Source: an uncultured Collinsella sp.
GTDB taxonomy: Bacteria > Actinomycetota > Coriobacteriia > Coriobacteriales > Coriobacteriaceae
DNA: 64,000 nt
Direction of reading: 5' to 3'
Assembly (NCBI GenBank): GCA_964602045.1
Contig: CAZRPL010000002.1
Span: 34,498-98,497 of the forward strand
In this document: positions 53,650 to 63,782 of the stretch, piece by piece
Position numbering within the stretch: position 1 is the stretch's first letter
Layout of the letters: the number at the start of each line of letters is the position of its first letter
The notes under the pieces: model-generated
Told to the model about the DNA's origin: nothing
What the model saw: only the letters and a program-made list of their open reading frames with translations
Databases searched by the model: none
Made by a program: the position numbers and the translations under genes

Positions 53650-54111
53650 TCAGACGGTGACCTCGGGCATGAGCTCCTCGCTCATCACCGAGAGCATCTC
53701 CTCGAACTTCGCAAGGTCATCCTCGGAGAAGCGCTCCTTGATGCGCGCCATGACATCATGGATGTAATGCGAACTGATGCTGTAGTAGTCGAGATATTTC
53801 TGGGTCGGACGCAGATGGTATTCGCGGCCATCGCTTTCCGACTGGACCTTCTCCACATAGCCCTTGCGGATCAGGCTGCCGATCTTGTATGCCGCGTTCG
53901 ACGAGGAGATGCGCATGAACTCGGCAAACTCGTGCACGGTGGGCGATCCCAGCGCGTAGATCGCCTCCATCGCGAACGCCTCCACCGTGGTGAGGCTCGC
54001 CTCGCGGTTCTGGAACCGGGCGAACGTCTCCTGGTAGAAGTGGAGTTTGAACTTGTCGTACACGCTCTCGAACATCTCTTCCAACTTTTGATGGTCCTCG
54101 GCGGCACTCAT
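53650..54111 (-). CDS. MarR-family regulator at the distal end of the FASII cluster (FabT-like by position)
   Basis: 153 aa. Winged-helix region LTTVEAFAMEAIYALGSPTVHEFAEFMRISSSNAAYKIGSLIRKGYV. Confidence 0.8.
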   Translation of the reverse strand: MSAAEDHQKLEEMFESVYDKFKLHFYQETFARFQNREASLTTVEAFAMEAIYALGSPTVHEFAEFMRISSSNAAYKIGSLIRKGYVEKVQSESDGREYHLRPTQKYLDYYSISSHYIHDVMARIKERFSEDDLAKFEEMLSVMSEELMPEVTV

Positions 54112-54124
54112 CTGAGCGCCTCCG

Positions 54125-54565
54125 CTACTGGTTATCGGCGGAACCGAGCGCGAGCGTCAGCGTCGCGCTGCAGGCGACCTTGCCGTCCACGCGGGCCTCG
54201 GCATCCACGAACGCGAACGAGCCGCGTACGCGGGTGATGCGGCTCTCGAGCTCGAGCACGTCACCGGGACGCACCTGGGAGCGGAACTTGGCATCCTTGA
54301 TGGCGGCGAAGAAGCCGAGCTTGCCGCGGTTCTCGGGCAGCGACAGCATGGCCACGGCGGCGACCTGGGCGAGCGCCTCGACGATCAGCACGCCGGGCAA
54401 CACGTGATACTGCGGGAAGTGGCCGCAGAACACCGGGCTCATGTTGCTCACGCACAGACGTCCGCGGGCCCAAGAACCCTCCTCGCCGTCCTCGATACGG
54501 TCGACGAGCGCGAACGGATAACGGTGCGGCAGGATCTGGGCGATCTGGTTCGAATCAAGCTGCAT
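54125..54565 (-). CDS. fabZ: 3-hydroxyacyl-ACP dehydratase
   Basis: ILPHRYPFALVDRI...FCGHFP...PGVLIVEALAQ. Confidence 0.94.
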   Translation of the reverse strand: MQLDSNQIAQILPHRYPFALVDRIEDGEEGSWARGRLCVSNMSPVFCGHFPQYHVLPGVLIVEALAQVAAVAMLSLPENRGKLGFFAAIKDAKFRSQVRPGDVLELESRITRVRGSFAFVDAEARVDGKVACSATLTLALGSADNQ

Positions 54566-54574
54566 GGTGTACTC

Positions 54575-55819
54575 CTAACCCTTCCACGCCTTGAGCAGCA
54601 CGCAGGCGTTGTGGCCGCCGAAGCCGAGCGAGTTGGACAGCGCGTACTCGATGTCGGCCGCGCGCCCCTCATTGGGCACGCAATCGAGATCGCATGCCGG
54701 ATCGGGCTCGACGTAGCCGATGGTCGGCGGCAGGAACCGGTCGCGCAGCGAAAGCGCGGTGAAGATGGCCTCGACCGCACCGGCGGCACCGAGCATGTGG
54801 CCGGTCATGGACTTGGTGGACGAGACGGCCATGTCGTAGGCGTGCTCACCGAAGACCGTCTTGATGGCCGCGGTCTCGCCCTTGTCGTTCAGGGGCGTGG
54901 AGGTACCGTGCGCGTTGATGTAGCCCACGGCATCGGGCGCGACGTCACCGGCGTCGGCAAGCGCCTGGGCCATGGCGCGGGCACCGCCCTCGCCGTCGGG
55001 CGCGGGCGCGGTGATGTGGTAGGCGTCGCAGGTCACGCCGTAACCGACGACCTCGGCGATGATGTCGGCGCCGCGAGCCTGGGCGTGCTCGAGCTCCTCG
55101 AGCACGAGCATGCCGGCACCCTCGCCCATCACGAAACCGCTGCGGCGGGCGTCGAAGGGCACGGAGGCAGCCTGGGGATCGTCGCCCACGTGCAGGGCGC
55201 GCATGGTGGTGAAACCGCCGATGGACAGCGGGGTGATGGCGGCCTCGGTGCCACCGGTGAGCATGATGTCGGCATAGCCGTCGCGGATGTGGCGGAACGC
55301 GTCGCCCACGGCGTTGGAACCGCCGGCGCACGCGGTGACCGGGCAGGTGCACATACCCTTGAAGCCGAACTCGATGGCGACCTCGCCGGCAGCCATGTTG
55401 GAGATGCCCATGGGGATATAGAAGGGCGAGCAGCGGTCGAAGCCACGCTTGAGGCAGCTGGTCTGCTGCGCTTCGGTCTCGCGGACGCCACCGATACCGG
55501 AGGACACGATCACGCCGGCGCGGGTGAGGTCCTCGGCCTCGAGGTCAAGGCCGCTCTGGGCGATGGCCTCGCGGGCGGACACGATCGCGAACTGCGTGAA
55601 GCGGGACTTGTGCTTGGCCTCGGGCGCGCTGAAGTGGTCCTTGGGCTCGAAACCCTTGACCTCGGCGGCGAGCTTGACCTTCTGGGCGCTCGCGTCGAAC
55701 TGCGTGATGGTGTCGATACCGAGCTTGCCGGCGCGGGCGGCGTCCCAGCTCTCGGTCGCGGTGTTGCCGATGGGCGTCAGCGCACCCACGCCGGTGATGA
55801 CGACTCTGCGTTTGGACAT
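54575..55819 (-). CDS. fabF: Beta-ketoacyl-ACP synthase II
   Basis: MSKRRVVITGVGALTPIGN start and thiolase-fold Cys/His/His pattern. Start at the ATG at 55819 (GAAAGG SD). Confidence 0.94.
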   Translation of the reverse strand: MSKRRVVITGVGALTPIGNTATESWDAARAGKLGIDTITQFDASAQKVKLAAEVKGFEPKDHFSAPEAKHKSRFTQFAIVSAREAIAQSGLDLEAEDLTRAGVIVSSGIGGVRETEAQQTSCLKRGFDRCSPFYIPMGISNMAAGEVAIEFGFKGMCTCPVTACAGGSNAVGDAFRHIRDGYADIMLTGGTEAAITPLSIGGFTTMRALHVGDDPQAASVPFDARRSGFVMGEGAGMLVLEELEHAQARGADIIAEVVGYGVTCDAYHITAPAPDGEGGARAMAQALADAGDVAPDAVGYINAHGTSTPLNDKGETAAIKTVFGEHAYDMAVSSTKSMTGHMLGAAGAVEAIFTALSLRDRFLPPTIGYVEPDPACDLDCVPNEGRAADIEYALSNSLGFGGHNACVLLKAWKG

Positions 55820-55988
55820 GATGTTCATCCTTTCAAAGGAAGGTGGGCATAACGGGACAGGCACTTTTTTCTCAGGCATCCGCCAAAGCGGCTAGCTGGC
55901 GAGGCGAGGTGCCCCGAACGAGGAGCGCCGCGTGCTTAAGGCACGCAAGCGACGAATGAGGGGCAGATCGCCCGCCAGATAGCCGCGG

Positions 55989-56729
55989 CTACATGGCCAT
56001 GCCGCCGTCGACGGATAGAACCTGACCGGTGATGTAGGAGGCCTCGTCGGACACCAGGAAGGCGACGGCATGGGCCACATCCTCGGGCTTGCCGGCGCGG
56101 GCGGCCGGAATCGCGGAGCACATGGCCTGCTGGGCCGCCTCGGGCATCGCGGCGGTCATATCGGTCTCGATGTATCCGGGCGCCACGGCGTTCACACGGA
56201 TGCCGATGCTCGCGACCTCGCGGGCGATCGACTTGGTCATGCCGATGAGGCCGGCCTTGCTCGCGGCGTAGTTGGCCTGACCGGCGTTGCCCATGATGCC
56301 GACGACGCTCGCCATGTTCACGATCGCGCCGCTCTTGGCGCGCATCATCGGACGGAGCGCGGCCTTGGTCATGAGGAACGCGCCCTTGAGGTTCGTGGCG
56401 ATCACCGCATCGAAGTCCTCCTCGCTCATGCGGGCGGCCAACTTGTCGCGGGTGATGCCGGCGTTGTTGACGAGGATATCCACGCCGCCGAGCTCCTTGG
56501 CAGCATCGACGAGCTCCTTGGCGGAGTCGGCAGAGGTCACGTCGCCCTGGACGGCGCGAGCGGTCGCACCCGTCGCCTCCACGAGCTTCACGGTTTCTTC
56601 CGCAGCGGCGGCGTTGCCGGCGTAAGAGAACACGACATTGGCGCCGCGGCGGGCGAGCTCAAGGCAGATCGCGCGGCCGATACCGCGGCTGCCTCCGGTG
56701 ACGATGGCGGTCTTACCGGTCAGATCCAT
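55989..56729 (-). CDS. fabG: 3-oxoacyl-ACP reductase
   Basis: 246 aa SDR. TGGSRGIGRAI, NNAGI, YAASKAG. Confidence 0.93.
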   Translation of the reverse strand: MDLTGKTAIVTGGSRGIGRAICLELARRGANVVFSYAGNAAAAEETVKLVEATGATARAVQGDVTSADSAKELVDAAKELGGVDILVNNAGITRDKLAARMSEEDFDAVIATNLKGAFLMTKAALRPMMRAKSGAIVNMASVVGIMGNAGQANYAASKAGLIGMTKSIAREVASIGIRVNAVAPGYIETDMTAAMPEAAQQAMCSAIPAARAGKPEDVAHAVAFLVSDEASYITGQVLSVDGGMAM

Positions 56730-56732
56730 GGC

Positions 56733-57677
56733 TTATCCCTCCTGGGTTTCGGTCAGCTTCTGCAGGTCCTCGACGGTCTCGACGGGCGTGCAGGAGATCT
56801 CCTTGGCGGTCTTGCGCACCAGACCGGACAGCACCTTGCCCGGACCGATCTCGATCACACGGTCAACGCCCAGCTCGGCCAAGCGGCGGATGGTGTCCTC
56901 CATGCGCACGGAAGACTGCACCTGGCGCTCGAGCAGGCTCACGATGTCATCGCCCTCGCCCATCTCATGACCGAGCGTGTTGAACAGCACCGGCACGCGC
57001 ATCTCACCGAGCTCCAAGCCGGCAAAGCGCTCACGCAGGGCATCACCGGCGGGCTTGAGCAGCGAGGTGTGGAAGGGGCCGCTCACCTTGAGCGGGATGC
57101 AGCGGCGGGCACCGGCCTCCTTGGCGGCGGCAGCGGCGGTCTCGACGGGCACACGGTCACCGGCGATCACGATCTGACCGGGGCAGTTGTAGTTGGAGAC
57201 CTCGACGGTCGTACCCTCGGCAGCATCCGCGGCGGCGGCAGCCACGACGGACTCCACGGTCTCGCGGTCCAGTCCCAGGATGGAGATCATCGCCGTATCG
57301 CGACCGGCGGCGGCACTCGCCATGGCGGCACCGCGGAAGGCTGCGAGCTTCACGGCCTCGACGGGCTCGAACACGCCGGCGGCGGCCAGCGCGGAGTACT
57401 CGCCGAGCGACAGGCCCGCAACGTAATCGGGGGTAACACCACTATCGGCCAGCACGGCCGTCATGCCGCAGGCGAAGGCCACCATGCAGGGCTGGGTGTA
57501 CTCGGTGAGGTTCAACTGGTCGTCGGGACCCTCGAACATGAGGGTCTTGAGGTCGAAGTCCACCGCGGCGTCGGCAGCGTCGATCACCTGGGCGAACGCC
57601 GGATAGGCTTCATACATGTCGCGGCCCATGCCCGCATGCTGCGAACCCTGACCGGCGTAGAGGAACGCGGTTGCCAT
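56733..57677 (-). CDS. fabD: ACP S-malonyltransferase
   Basis: FLYAGQGSQHAGMG and GLSLGEYSAL motifs. Confidence 0.94.
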   Translation of the reverse strand: MATAFLYAGQGSQHAGMGRDMYEAYPAFAQVIDAADAAVDFDLKTLMFEGPDDQLNLTEYTQPCMVAFACGMTAVLADSGVTPDYVAGLSLGEYSALAAAGVFEPVEAVKLAAFRGAAMASAAAGRDTAMISILGLDRETVESVVAAAAADAAEGTTVEVSNYNCPGQIVIAGDRVPVETAAAAAKEAGARRCIPLKVSGPFHTSLLKPAGDALRERFAGLELGEMRVPVLFNTLGHEMGEGDDIVSLLERQVQSSVRMEDTIRRLAELGVDRVIEIGPGKVLSGLVRKTAKEISCTPVETVEDLQKLTETQEG

Positions 57678-57680
57678 CGT

Positions 57681-58610
57681 TTACGCCTCCAGTCCGTCGA
57701 TCACGGCCTTGCACCCGGCCATCATGTCCTCGAAGATCGCGCGCAGCGGACGGACCTCGTGCACCATGCCGGCGATCTGGCCGCACATGAAGCTGCCGGT
57801 GTCCACGTCGCCGTCGAGCACGGCGCGGCGCAGGGAACCGAGGGTGAGGGCCTCGAGCTCGTCGCGCTTGGTGCCCTCCTGCTCGAGCTCCAGGTACTTC
57901 TTGGTCATCTTGTTCTTGAGGCAACGGACCGGGGCGCCGGCGGGGCGACCGGTCACGACGGTGTCGTTCACGCCCGCCTTGACGACCTTCTCCTTGTAGT
58001 TGACGTGGATGGGGCACTCCTCGCTCGCGAGCAGGCAGGTGCCCACCTGGACGCCGCAGGCGCCCAACGCGAAGGCGGCAGCCATACCGCGACCATCGGC
58101 GATGCCGCCGGCGGCGATCACGGGCAGGTCGACGGCGTCGACCACCGCGGGCACGAGCGCCATCGTGGTGGCCTCGCCCACATGACCGCCGGATTCGGTA
58201 CCCTCGGCGATGATGCCGTCGATGTCCAGACGCGCGAGGCGCTTGGCCAGGATCGGGGCGGCGACCACCGGGAAGATACGGATGCCGGCCTCCTTCCAAG
58301 CGGCGACGTACTTGGCGGGGTTGCCGGCACCGGTGGTGACGACCTTCACGCCCTCCTCCACGACGACCTTGGCGCAGTCGTCGATGTGCGGGTTCATGAG
58401 CATGAGATTCACGCCGAAGGGCTTGTCGGTGAGCTCCTTGGCGCGGCGAATCTGCGCGCGCAGGCTCTCGCCGTCCAAACCGCCACCGGCGACGAGGCCG
58501 AGCGCACCGGCGTTGGAGCAGGCGGCGGCGAACTCGCCGGTGGCGATGTTGGCCATACCGCCCTGGATGATGGGAAACTCGGTCCCCAGGATCTCGTTCA
58601 GCTTCTTCAT
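57681..58610 (-). CDS. fabK: Enoyl-ACP reductase II (FMN-dependent)
   Basis: FPIIQGGMANIA...AGALG and NMO-family layout. ATG at 58610 preferred over the TTG at 58640. Confidence 0.88.
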   Translation of the reverse strand: MKKLNEILGTEFPIIQGGMANIATGEFAAACSNAGALGLVAGGGLDGESLRAQIRRAKELTDKPFGVNLMLMNPHIDDCAKVVVEEGVKVVTTGAGNPAKYVAAWKEAGIRIFPVVAAPILAKRLARLDIDGIIAEGTESGGHVGEATTMALVPAVVDAVDLPVIAAGGIADGRGMAAAFALGACGVQVGTCLLASEECPIHVNYKEKVVKAGVNDTVVTGRPAGAPVRCLKNKMTKKYLELEQEGTKRDELEALTLGSLRRAVLDGDVDTGSFMCGQIAGMVHEVRPLRAIFEDMMAGCKAVIDGLEA

Positions 58611-58713
58611 ATCTTCAAACAGTCCTTTCTCAAGCGACAAGTCGGCACCGGGTTCAACCCTGTCGGCTCACGTGAAAAAACATCCGACGTGATTTCACAT
58701 GGCCTCATGTCAC

Positions 58714-59670
58714 CTAGGCGAATTCGGCCAAGACGCCGGCCCAGGTGAGGCCTGCACCGAAGCCGGCCATGAGCACCCGGTTTCCCGAGGCGATCTTGCC
58801 GGCGCACACGAGCTCGTCGAGCAGGATGGGCACGCTGCCGGCCGAGGTGTTGCCGGTGTGATCGATGTTTCCCTCGCATTTGGCCGGGTCGAGCCCCAGC
58901 TTCTTGACCGCGAAGTCGACGATGCGCTTGTTGGCCTGGTGGTACACGAAACGGTCGACCTCGTCCGCCGAGACCTGCGCCGTCGCGAGCACCTCGGTGG
59001 TGCAGCGCGGCATGACCTCGGTGGCGAAGCGGAAGACCGCACGGCCGTCCATGTGCAGATACGATGGCTCATCGCAGCCCACACCGGGAGCGACGAGCGA
59101 CGAGTCGTCGCCGCGCGACCCCCAGACGGCATGCAGCTCGGGGTAGCCTTCGCGGCACTCGAGCACCGCGGCGCCCGCGCCGTCACCGAACAGCACGCAG
59201 GTGGTACGATCCTCGAAATCCATCACGCGCGAGAGCGTGTCGGCACCGACCACGAGCGCATAGGGGCGCGCGGCGCCGGGAAGCAGGCACTCGGCAACAT
59301 GCAGACCGTACACGAACCCGGCGCAGGCGGCGTTGATGTCCAGGCACAACGTGTCCTCGGGAATGCCCAGATCCGCCTGCAGCAGGCAGGCGGCCGACGG
59401 CGTGCAGGTGTCGGCGGTGAAGGTCGCGACGAGGCACACGCCGACCTGCTCGGGCGCGATCCCGGCGGCGTCGAGCGCACGCGCCGCGGCGTCACGCACC
59501 AGGCTGCGATGACTCTCCCCCGCCTGCGTATCGCAATAGCAGCGCGAGCGGATACCCGTGCGGGTGGAGATCCACTCATCGGAGGTATCCACGATCTTGG
59601 CCATGTCGTCGTTGGTCATGACACGGCTCGGAAGCGCCGAACCGGTCCCGACGATCTTGACGCCCCTCAT
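58714..59670 (-). CDS. fabH: Beta-ketoacyl-ACP synthase III
   Basis: 318 aa. ACAGFVYGL active-site Cys region and NTSAGSVP. ATGA overlap with the accA stop. Confidence 0.93.
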   Translation of the reverse strand: MRGVKIVGTGSALPSRVMTNDDMAKIVDTSDEWISTRTGIRSRCYCDTQAGESHRSLVRDAAARALDAAGIAPEQVGVCLVATFTADTCTPSAACLLQADLGIPEDTLCLDINAACAGFVYGLHVAECLLPGAARPYALVVGADTLSRVMDFEDRTTCVLFGDGAGAAVLECREGYPELHAVWGSRGDDSSLVAPGVGCDEPSYLHMDGRAVFRFATEVMPRCTTEVLATAQVSADEVDRFVYHQANKRIVDFAVKKLGLDPAKCEGNIDHTGNTSAGSVPILLDELVCAGKIASGNRVLMAGFGAGLTWAGVLAEFA

Positions 59671-60509
59671 CGACGGCCTCTCTTCACGGCCGTGGAACCC
59701 ATGGCGCGGAACTTCCGGTAGCGGTCGTTGGCGAGCGCGGTCGGGCTCATCTTGGACAGCGCCTCGAGCTCACGCGTGAGCTGCGTGTCCAGGATCTGGA
59801 ACAGGGCGGCGGGATTCTCGTGCGCCCCACCGGCGGGCTCGGGGATGATCCCGTCGATGACACCGAGCTCGAGCAGGTCGTCGGCGGTGAGCTTCATGAC
59901 CTCGCACGCCTCGTCGGCGCGGCTCGAATCCTTCCACAGGATGCTCGCGAAGCCCTCGGGCGACAGCACGGAGTACACGGCGTTCTCGAGCATGATGACG
60001 CGGTTGCCCACGGCGAGCGCCAGCGCGCCGCCACTGCCGCCCTCACCGCATATCACGCAGATCACGGGGACGGTGAGCGAACTCATGAGCTCGATGGAAC
60101 GGGCGATCGCCTCGCCCTGGCCGTGCTCCTCGGCCTCGAGGCCGGGATAGGCGCCGGAGGTGTCGACGAAGGTGAAGATGGGACGGCCGAACTTCTCGGC
60201 GGCGCGCATGATGCGCTGCGCCTTGCGGTAGCCCTCGGGCGAGGCCATACCGAAGTTGCAGGCGACGCGCTCCTCGATATCGGATCCCTTACGGTTGCCC
60301 AGCACGGTCACCGGACGACCGTGGAACAGGGCGATACCGCCCATGATGCTCGGGTCGTCCTGGGACGAAAGGTCGCCGCGCTGCTCGAAGAAGTCGGTGA
60401 ACAGGGCGTCGACGATCTCGGCCACGCCGGGGCGCCCGGGGCGACGTGCGATGGCGACGCGCTGGGCGGCCGTGAGGACGTCCACGGTTGCAGGCAGGTT
60501 ATCCGACAT
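59667..60509 (-). CDS. accA: Acetyl-CoA carboxylase carboxyltransferase alpha subunit
   Basis: ARRPGRPG...GEGGSGGALA motif. Start at the ATG at 60509 (AAGGGAGGTG SD). Confidence 0.92.
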   Translation of the reverse strand: MSDNLPATVDVLTAAQRVAIARRPGRPGVAEIVDALFTDFFEQRGDLSSQDDPSIMGGIALFHGRPVTVLGNRKGSDIEERVACNFGMASPEGYRKAQRIMRAAEKFGRPIFTFVDTSGAYPGLEAEEHGQGEAIARSIELMSSLTVPVICVICGEGGSGGALALAVGNRVIMLENAVYSVLSPEGFASILWKDSSRADEACEVMKLTADDLLELGVIDGIIPEPAGGAHENPAALFQILDTQLTRELEALSKMSPTALANDRYRKFRAMGSTAVKRGRR

Positions 60510-61365
60510 GCTCGGCACCTCCCTTTCCATGAAGCATGAGAAGACGGATCAGCGTGGAGCGCATACGGGCGCGCGGCACGACGGCGTCGATGAAGCCGTG
60601 CTCGAGCTGGAACTCGGCGCTCTGGAAGCCTTCGGGGAGCTTCTCGCCGATCGTCTGCTCGATGACGCGCGGACCCGCGAAGCCCACGAGCGCGCCGGGC
60701 TCGGCCAGATGGATGTCGCCCAGACTCGCGAAGCTCGCGGTCACGCCGCCGGTCGTGGGGTTGGTGAACACCGAGATGTACAGCCCTCCCTTATCGGAAA
60801 AGCGCTGGATGGCAGCGGAGGTCTTGGCCATCTGCATGAGCGAGATGATGCCCTCCTGCATGCGCGCGCCGCCGCTGGCGGAAAACACGATGAGCGGCAG
60901 GTGCTGCTTGGTCGCGCGTTCGATGAGGCGCGTCAGGCGCTCGCCGACGACGGCACCCATGCTCGCCATGAGGAACCGCGTATCGAGCGCCGCGATCGCG
61001 ACGCGCACACCGCCGATCTTGGCGATGGCGGTCACGATGGCGTCGTTGCCGTGCGTCTTGGCGCGCAGCTGCGCGAGCTTGTCGGTATAACCCGGAAAGT
61101 CGAGCGGGTCGCTGGACACCAGTGCCGAATCCAGTTCGCGGAACTGCCCGTCATCGACGATCATCGCGATGCGGTCGCGCGCCGGCACGGCGAAATGATG
61201 TCCGCAATAGGGACACACGAGCTGGTTGGATGCCAGGTCGTCGTCGTTCAAGACGCGCTCGCAATGCGGACAGGTCTTCTCCTCGACGGTCGGTGCGGTG
61301 CCCTGCTGGCGCATCTTCTTGAGGGCGAGCAGCCTATTGCGGCGCTCGGCGAGGATACCGGCCAT
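60499..61365 (-). CDS. accD: Acetyl-CoA carboxylase carboxyltransferase beta subunit
   Basis: Zinc ribbon CPHC...CPYCGHH and SGGARMQEG. Confidence 0.93.
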   Translation of the reverse strand: MAGILAERRNRLLALKKMRQQGTAPTVEEKTCPHCERVLNDDDLASNQLVCPYCGHHFAVPARDRIAMIVDDGQFRELDSALVSSDPLDFPGYTDKLAQLRAKTHGNDAIVTAIAKIGGVRVAIAALDTRFLMASMGAVVGERLTRLIERATKQHLPLIVFSASGGARMQEGIISLMQMAKTSAAIQRFSDKGGLYISVFTNPTTGGVTASFASLGDIHLAEPGALVGFAGPRVIEQTIGEKLPEGFQSAEFQLEHGFIDAVVPRARMRSTLIRLLMLHGKGGAEHVG

Positions 61366-61368
61366 GCG

Positions 61369-62757
61369 TTACGCCTCCTTCGCGGGTTCATCGGCGGCGT
61401 TCGTCCAGGCGAGCAGCGTGTCCATGTTCTCGTCGATGAACGACGTGTTGTAGCTCGCACGGACGAAGCCGGGGTGGTACATGATCTGATGGAGGATGTC
61501 GATGTTGGTCGTGGGACCGTCGATCAAGAACTCCTCGAGGCAGCGGCGCATGCGGCGCAGCGCCTCCAGACGCGTCGGCGCCCAGACGATGAGCTTGGCG
61601 GCGAGCGAGTCATAATACGGAGGCAGCTCGCAGCCGGCGTACAGGCCGGTGTCCACACGCACGCCGTAGCCGCCGGGGATGTGGACGAAGTCGACCATGC
61701 CCGGCGAGGGCATGAAACCGTGCGCGGGATCCTCGGCGTTGATGCGGCACTCGATCGCATGGCCGCGCAGCTGGATGTCGTCCTGCGTGAACGACAGCGT
61801 GAGACCGGAGGCCACACGCAGCTGCTCGCGCACCAGGTCGATGCCCGTCACGCACTCGGTGATGGGATGCTCCACCTGGATACGGGTGTTCATCTCGATG
61901 AAGTAGAACTCACCGGAGGGATCGAGCACGAACTCGATGGTACCGGCGTTGACGTACCCGGCGGCACGGGCCGCTGCCACCGCAGCGTCGCCCATGCGCT
62001 GGCGCAGCTCGGGCGTGAGCACGCGGGCGGGCGTCTCCTCGATCATCTTCTGGCCGCGACGCTGGATGGAGCAGTCGCGCTCGCCGAGCTGCACGACGTT
62101 ACCCTGCGCGTCGGCCATGATCTGGAACTCGATGTGGTGCGGATTGAGCACGAGCTTCTCGAGATACATCTCATCGTCGTTGAAGCAGGCGCGGGCCTCG
62201 GCGCGGGCCTCCTCGAACAGGTCCTCGAACTGCGCCGGGTCGAACACCTTGCGCATGCCGCGGCCGCCGCCGCCTGCGGCGGCCTTGATGAGCACGGGGT
62301 AGCCGATCTCGTCGGCGATGCGCTTGGCGTCGGCGACGTCCTTCACGGAGCCGTCGGAGCCGGGAACGACCGGTACACCGGCGCTCTTCATGAGCTCGCG
62401 CGCGGCGGCCTTGTTGCCCATCGTGCGGATCACGTCGCCGGACGGACCGATCCAGGTGATGCCGTTTTTCTCGCACTCGTCGGCGAACTCGGCGTTCTCG
62501 GACAAAAAGCCGTAACCCGGGTGGATCGCGTCGCAGTGGGCGGCCTTCGCGACGGTGAGGATGGCATCGGTGTTGAGATAGCTTTGCGCGGAGGACGCCG
62601 GCCCGATGCAGTACGCATGCTCGGCGAGCTGCACATGCAGTGCCTCGCGGTCGGCCTCGGAGTAGACGACTACCGGCTCGATATCGAGCTCGCGGCAGGC
62701 GCGGAACACCCGGACGGCGATCTCCCCGCGGTTGGCGATCAGGATACGCTTGAACAT
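61369..62757 (-). CDS. accC: Biotin carboxylase
   Basis: MFKRILIANRGEIAVRV and ATP-grasp motifs. Confidence 0.95.
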   Translation of the reverse strand: MFKRILIANRGEIAVRVFRACRELDIEPVVVYSEADREALHVQLAEHAYCIGPASSAQSYLNTDAILTVAKAAHCDAIHPGYGFLSENAEFADECEKNGITWIGPSGDVIRTMGNKAAARELMKSAGVPVVPGSDGSVKDVADAKRIADEIGYPVLIKAAAGGGGRGMRKVFDPAQFEDLFEEARAEARACFNDDEMYLEKLVLNPHHIEFQIMADAQGNVVQLGERDCSIQRRGQKMIEETPARVLTPELRQRMGDAAVAAARAAGYVNAGTIEFVLDPSGEFYFIEMNTRIQVEHPITECVTGIDLVREQLRVASGLTLSFTQDDIQLRGHAIECRINAEDPAHGFMPSPGMVDFVHIPGGYGVRVDTGLYAGCELPPYYDSLAAKLIVWAPTRLEALRRMRRCLEEFLIDGPTTNIDILHQIMYHPGFVRASYNTSFIDENMDTLLAWTNAADEPAKEA

Positions 62758-62778
62758 GACGTCACGCTTCCTTAAAAC

Positions 62779-63270
62779 TTAGGCTTCGTGGTAGCGGATC
62801 AGCGGGGCGCCGAACGACACGAGCTCGCCGTCGGCGGCCATGATCTCGTCGATCACACAGTCGCACGGAGCGGTGACCTCGCTCATCATCTTCATGGCCT
62901 CGAGCAGGCAGACGGTGTCGCCCTTCTTGACGTGGTCGCCGGGCTGGACGTAGGGGTCCTTGTCGGGCGACGGGGCGACGTAGAAGGTGCCCACGAGCGG
63001 AGCGGTGATGCAGGGGCCGTCGGCCGCGGGAGCCTCATCGACTGCCGACTCGGCAGCAGGCGCGGTGGGGGCGGCAGCGGCGGATGCGACGGGAGCCGCC
63101 ACAGGGGCGACCGCGGGCGCAGGGGCGCCTACGGGCATCGGCGGCACGGGGGCGCAGCCGGGCTTCTCGAGCTCGATGGTGGTATCTCCGCTCGTGACCT
63201 TCATGCGGCCGATGCCGCTCGCGTCGAAGCGGCCCATGAGATCGAGGATGTCCTGAGTCTTCATAGCCAT
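62779..63270 (-). CDS. accB: Biotin carboxyl carrier protein
   Basis: Pro/Ala linker and the EAMKMM biotinylation motif. Start at the ATG at 63270 (GGAGG SD). Confidence 0.92.
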   Translation of the reverse strand: MAMKTQDILDLMGRFDASGIGRMKVTSGDTTIELEKPGCAPVPPMPVGAPAPAVAPVAAPVASAAAAPTAPAAESAVDEAPAADGPCITAPLVGTFYVAPSPDKDPYVQPGDHVKKGDTVCLLEAMKMMSEVTAPCDCVIDEIMAADGELVSFGAPLIRYHEA

Positions 63271-63297
63271 AGGTATGACCTCCAAAGTATTCGAATC

Positions 63298-63359
63298 GAC
63301 AAGTTGGGGCCAGGTTCACGCACGTCACGTGACAAGTTTGAACCCGTCCCCAACTTGTC
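63298..63359. repeat. Imperfect palindrome inside the acpP-accB spacer
   Basis: GACAAGTTGGGGCCAGGTTCA (63298-63318) versus the reverse complement of TGAACCCGTCCCCAACTTGTC (63339-63359). Central GTCACGTGAC. Shares the TTGGGGAC core with the 34.4-kb and 49.5-kb palindromes. Confidence 0.7.
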
Positions 63360-63423
63360 ACTCGGTACATAAAGAGAAGCCGGGCAGGACACGTGGCCCT
63401 GCCCGGCTGTCGGCTCGGATGTG

Positions 63424-63654
63424 TTACTGAGCCTTGTTCTCCAGGTAGTCAGCCAGGTCGCCGACGGTCTTGAACTGGTCGAGCTCGGCGTCGTCGATCT
63501 CGCAGTCGAAGGCCTCCTCGAGCGCCATGACGAGCTCCATGGCGGCCAGGGAGTCGGCGCCGAGATCCTCCTCGAGCTTGGCCTCGCGGGTGACCTTCTC
63601 AAGGTCGCAACCGACGGTCTCGGAGATAACCTCGCGCATCTTCTCGAAATCCAT
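63424..63654 (-). CDS. acpP: Acyl carrier protein
   Basis: 76 aa. LGADSLAAMELVMALEE phosphopantetheine-site motif. AAAGGAG SD. Confidence 0.95.
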   Translation of the reverse strand: MDFEKMREVISETVGCDLEKVTREAKLEEDLGADSLAAMELVMALEEAFDCEIDDAELDQFKTVGDLADYLENKAQ

Positions 63655-63782
63655 GACAGCTCCTTTCCCGGCGTGCGCACACGCCCTTCGGCCGATGCTG
63701 TGGTGTCGTGCATCGGAGTTCGGCGCAACCGGTCGGCACGCCTTCCCGTAAAACTAGCTAAAGCATTTTAGTTAAAAGTTTT

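Noticed and set aside
56070-62775. Plus-strand ORFs of 892 aa (56070..58748) and 839 aa (60256..62775)
   Set aside because: They are antisense to well-supported fabG/fabD/fabK and accD/accC genes, and are compositional shadows.
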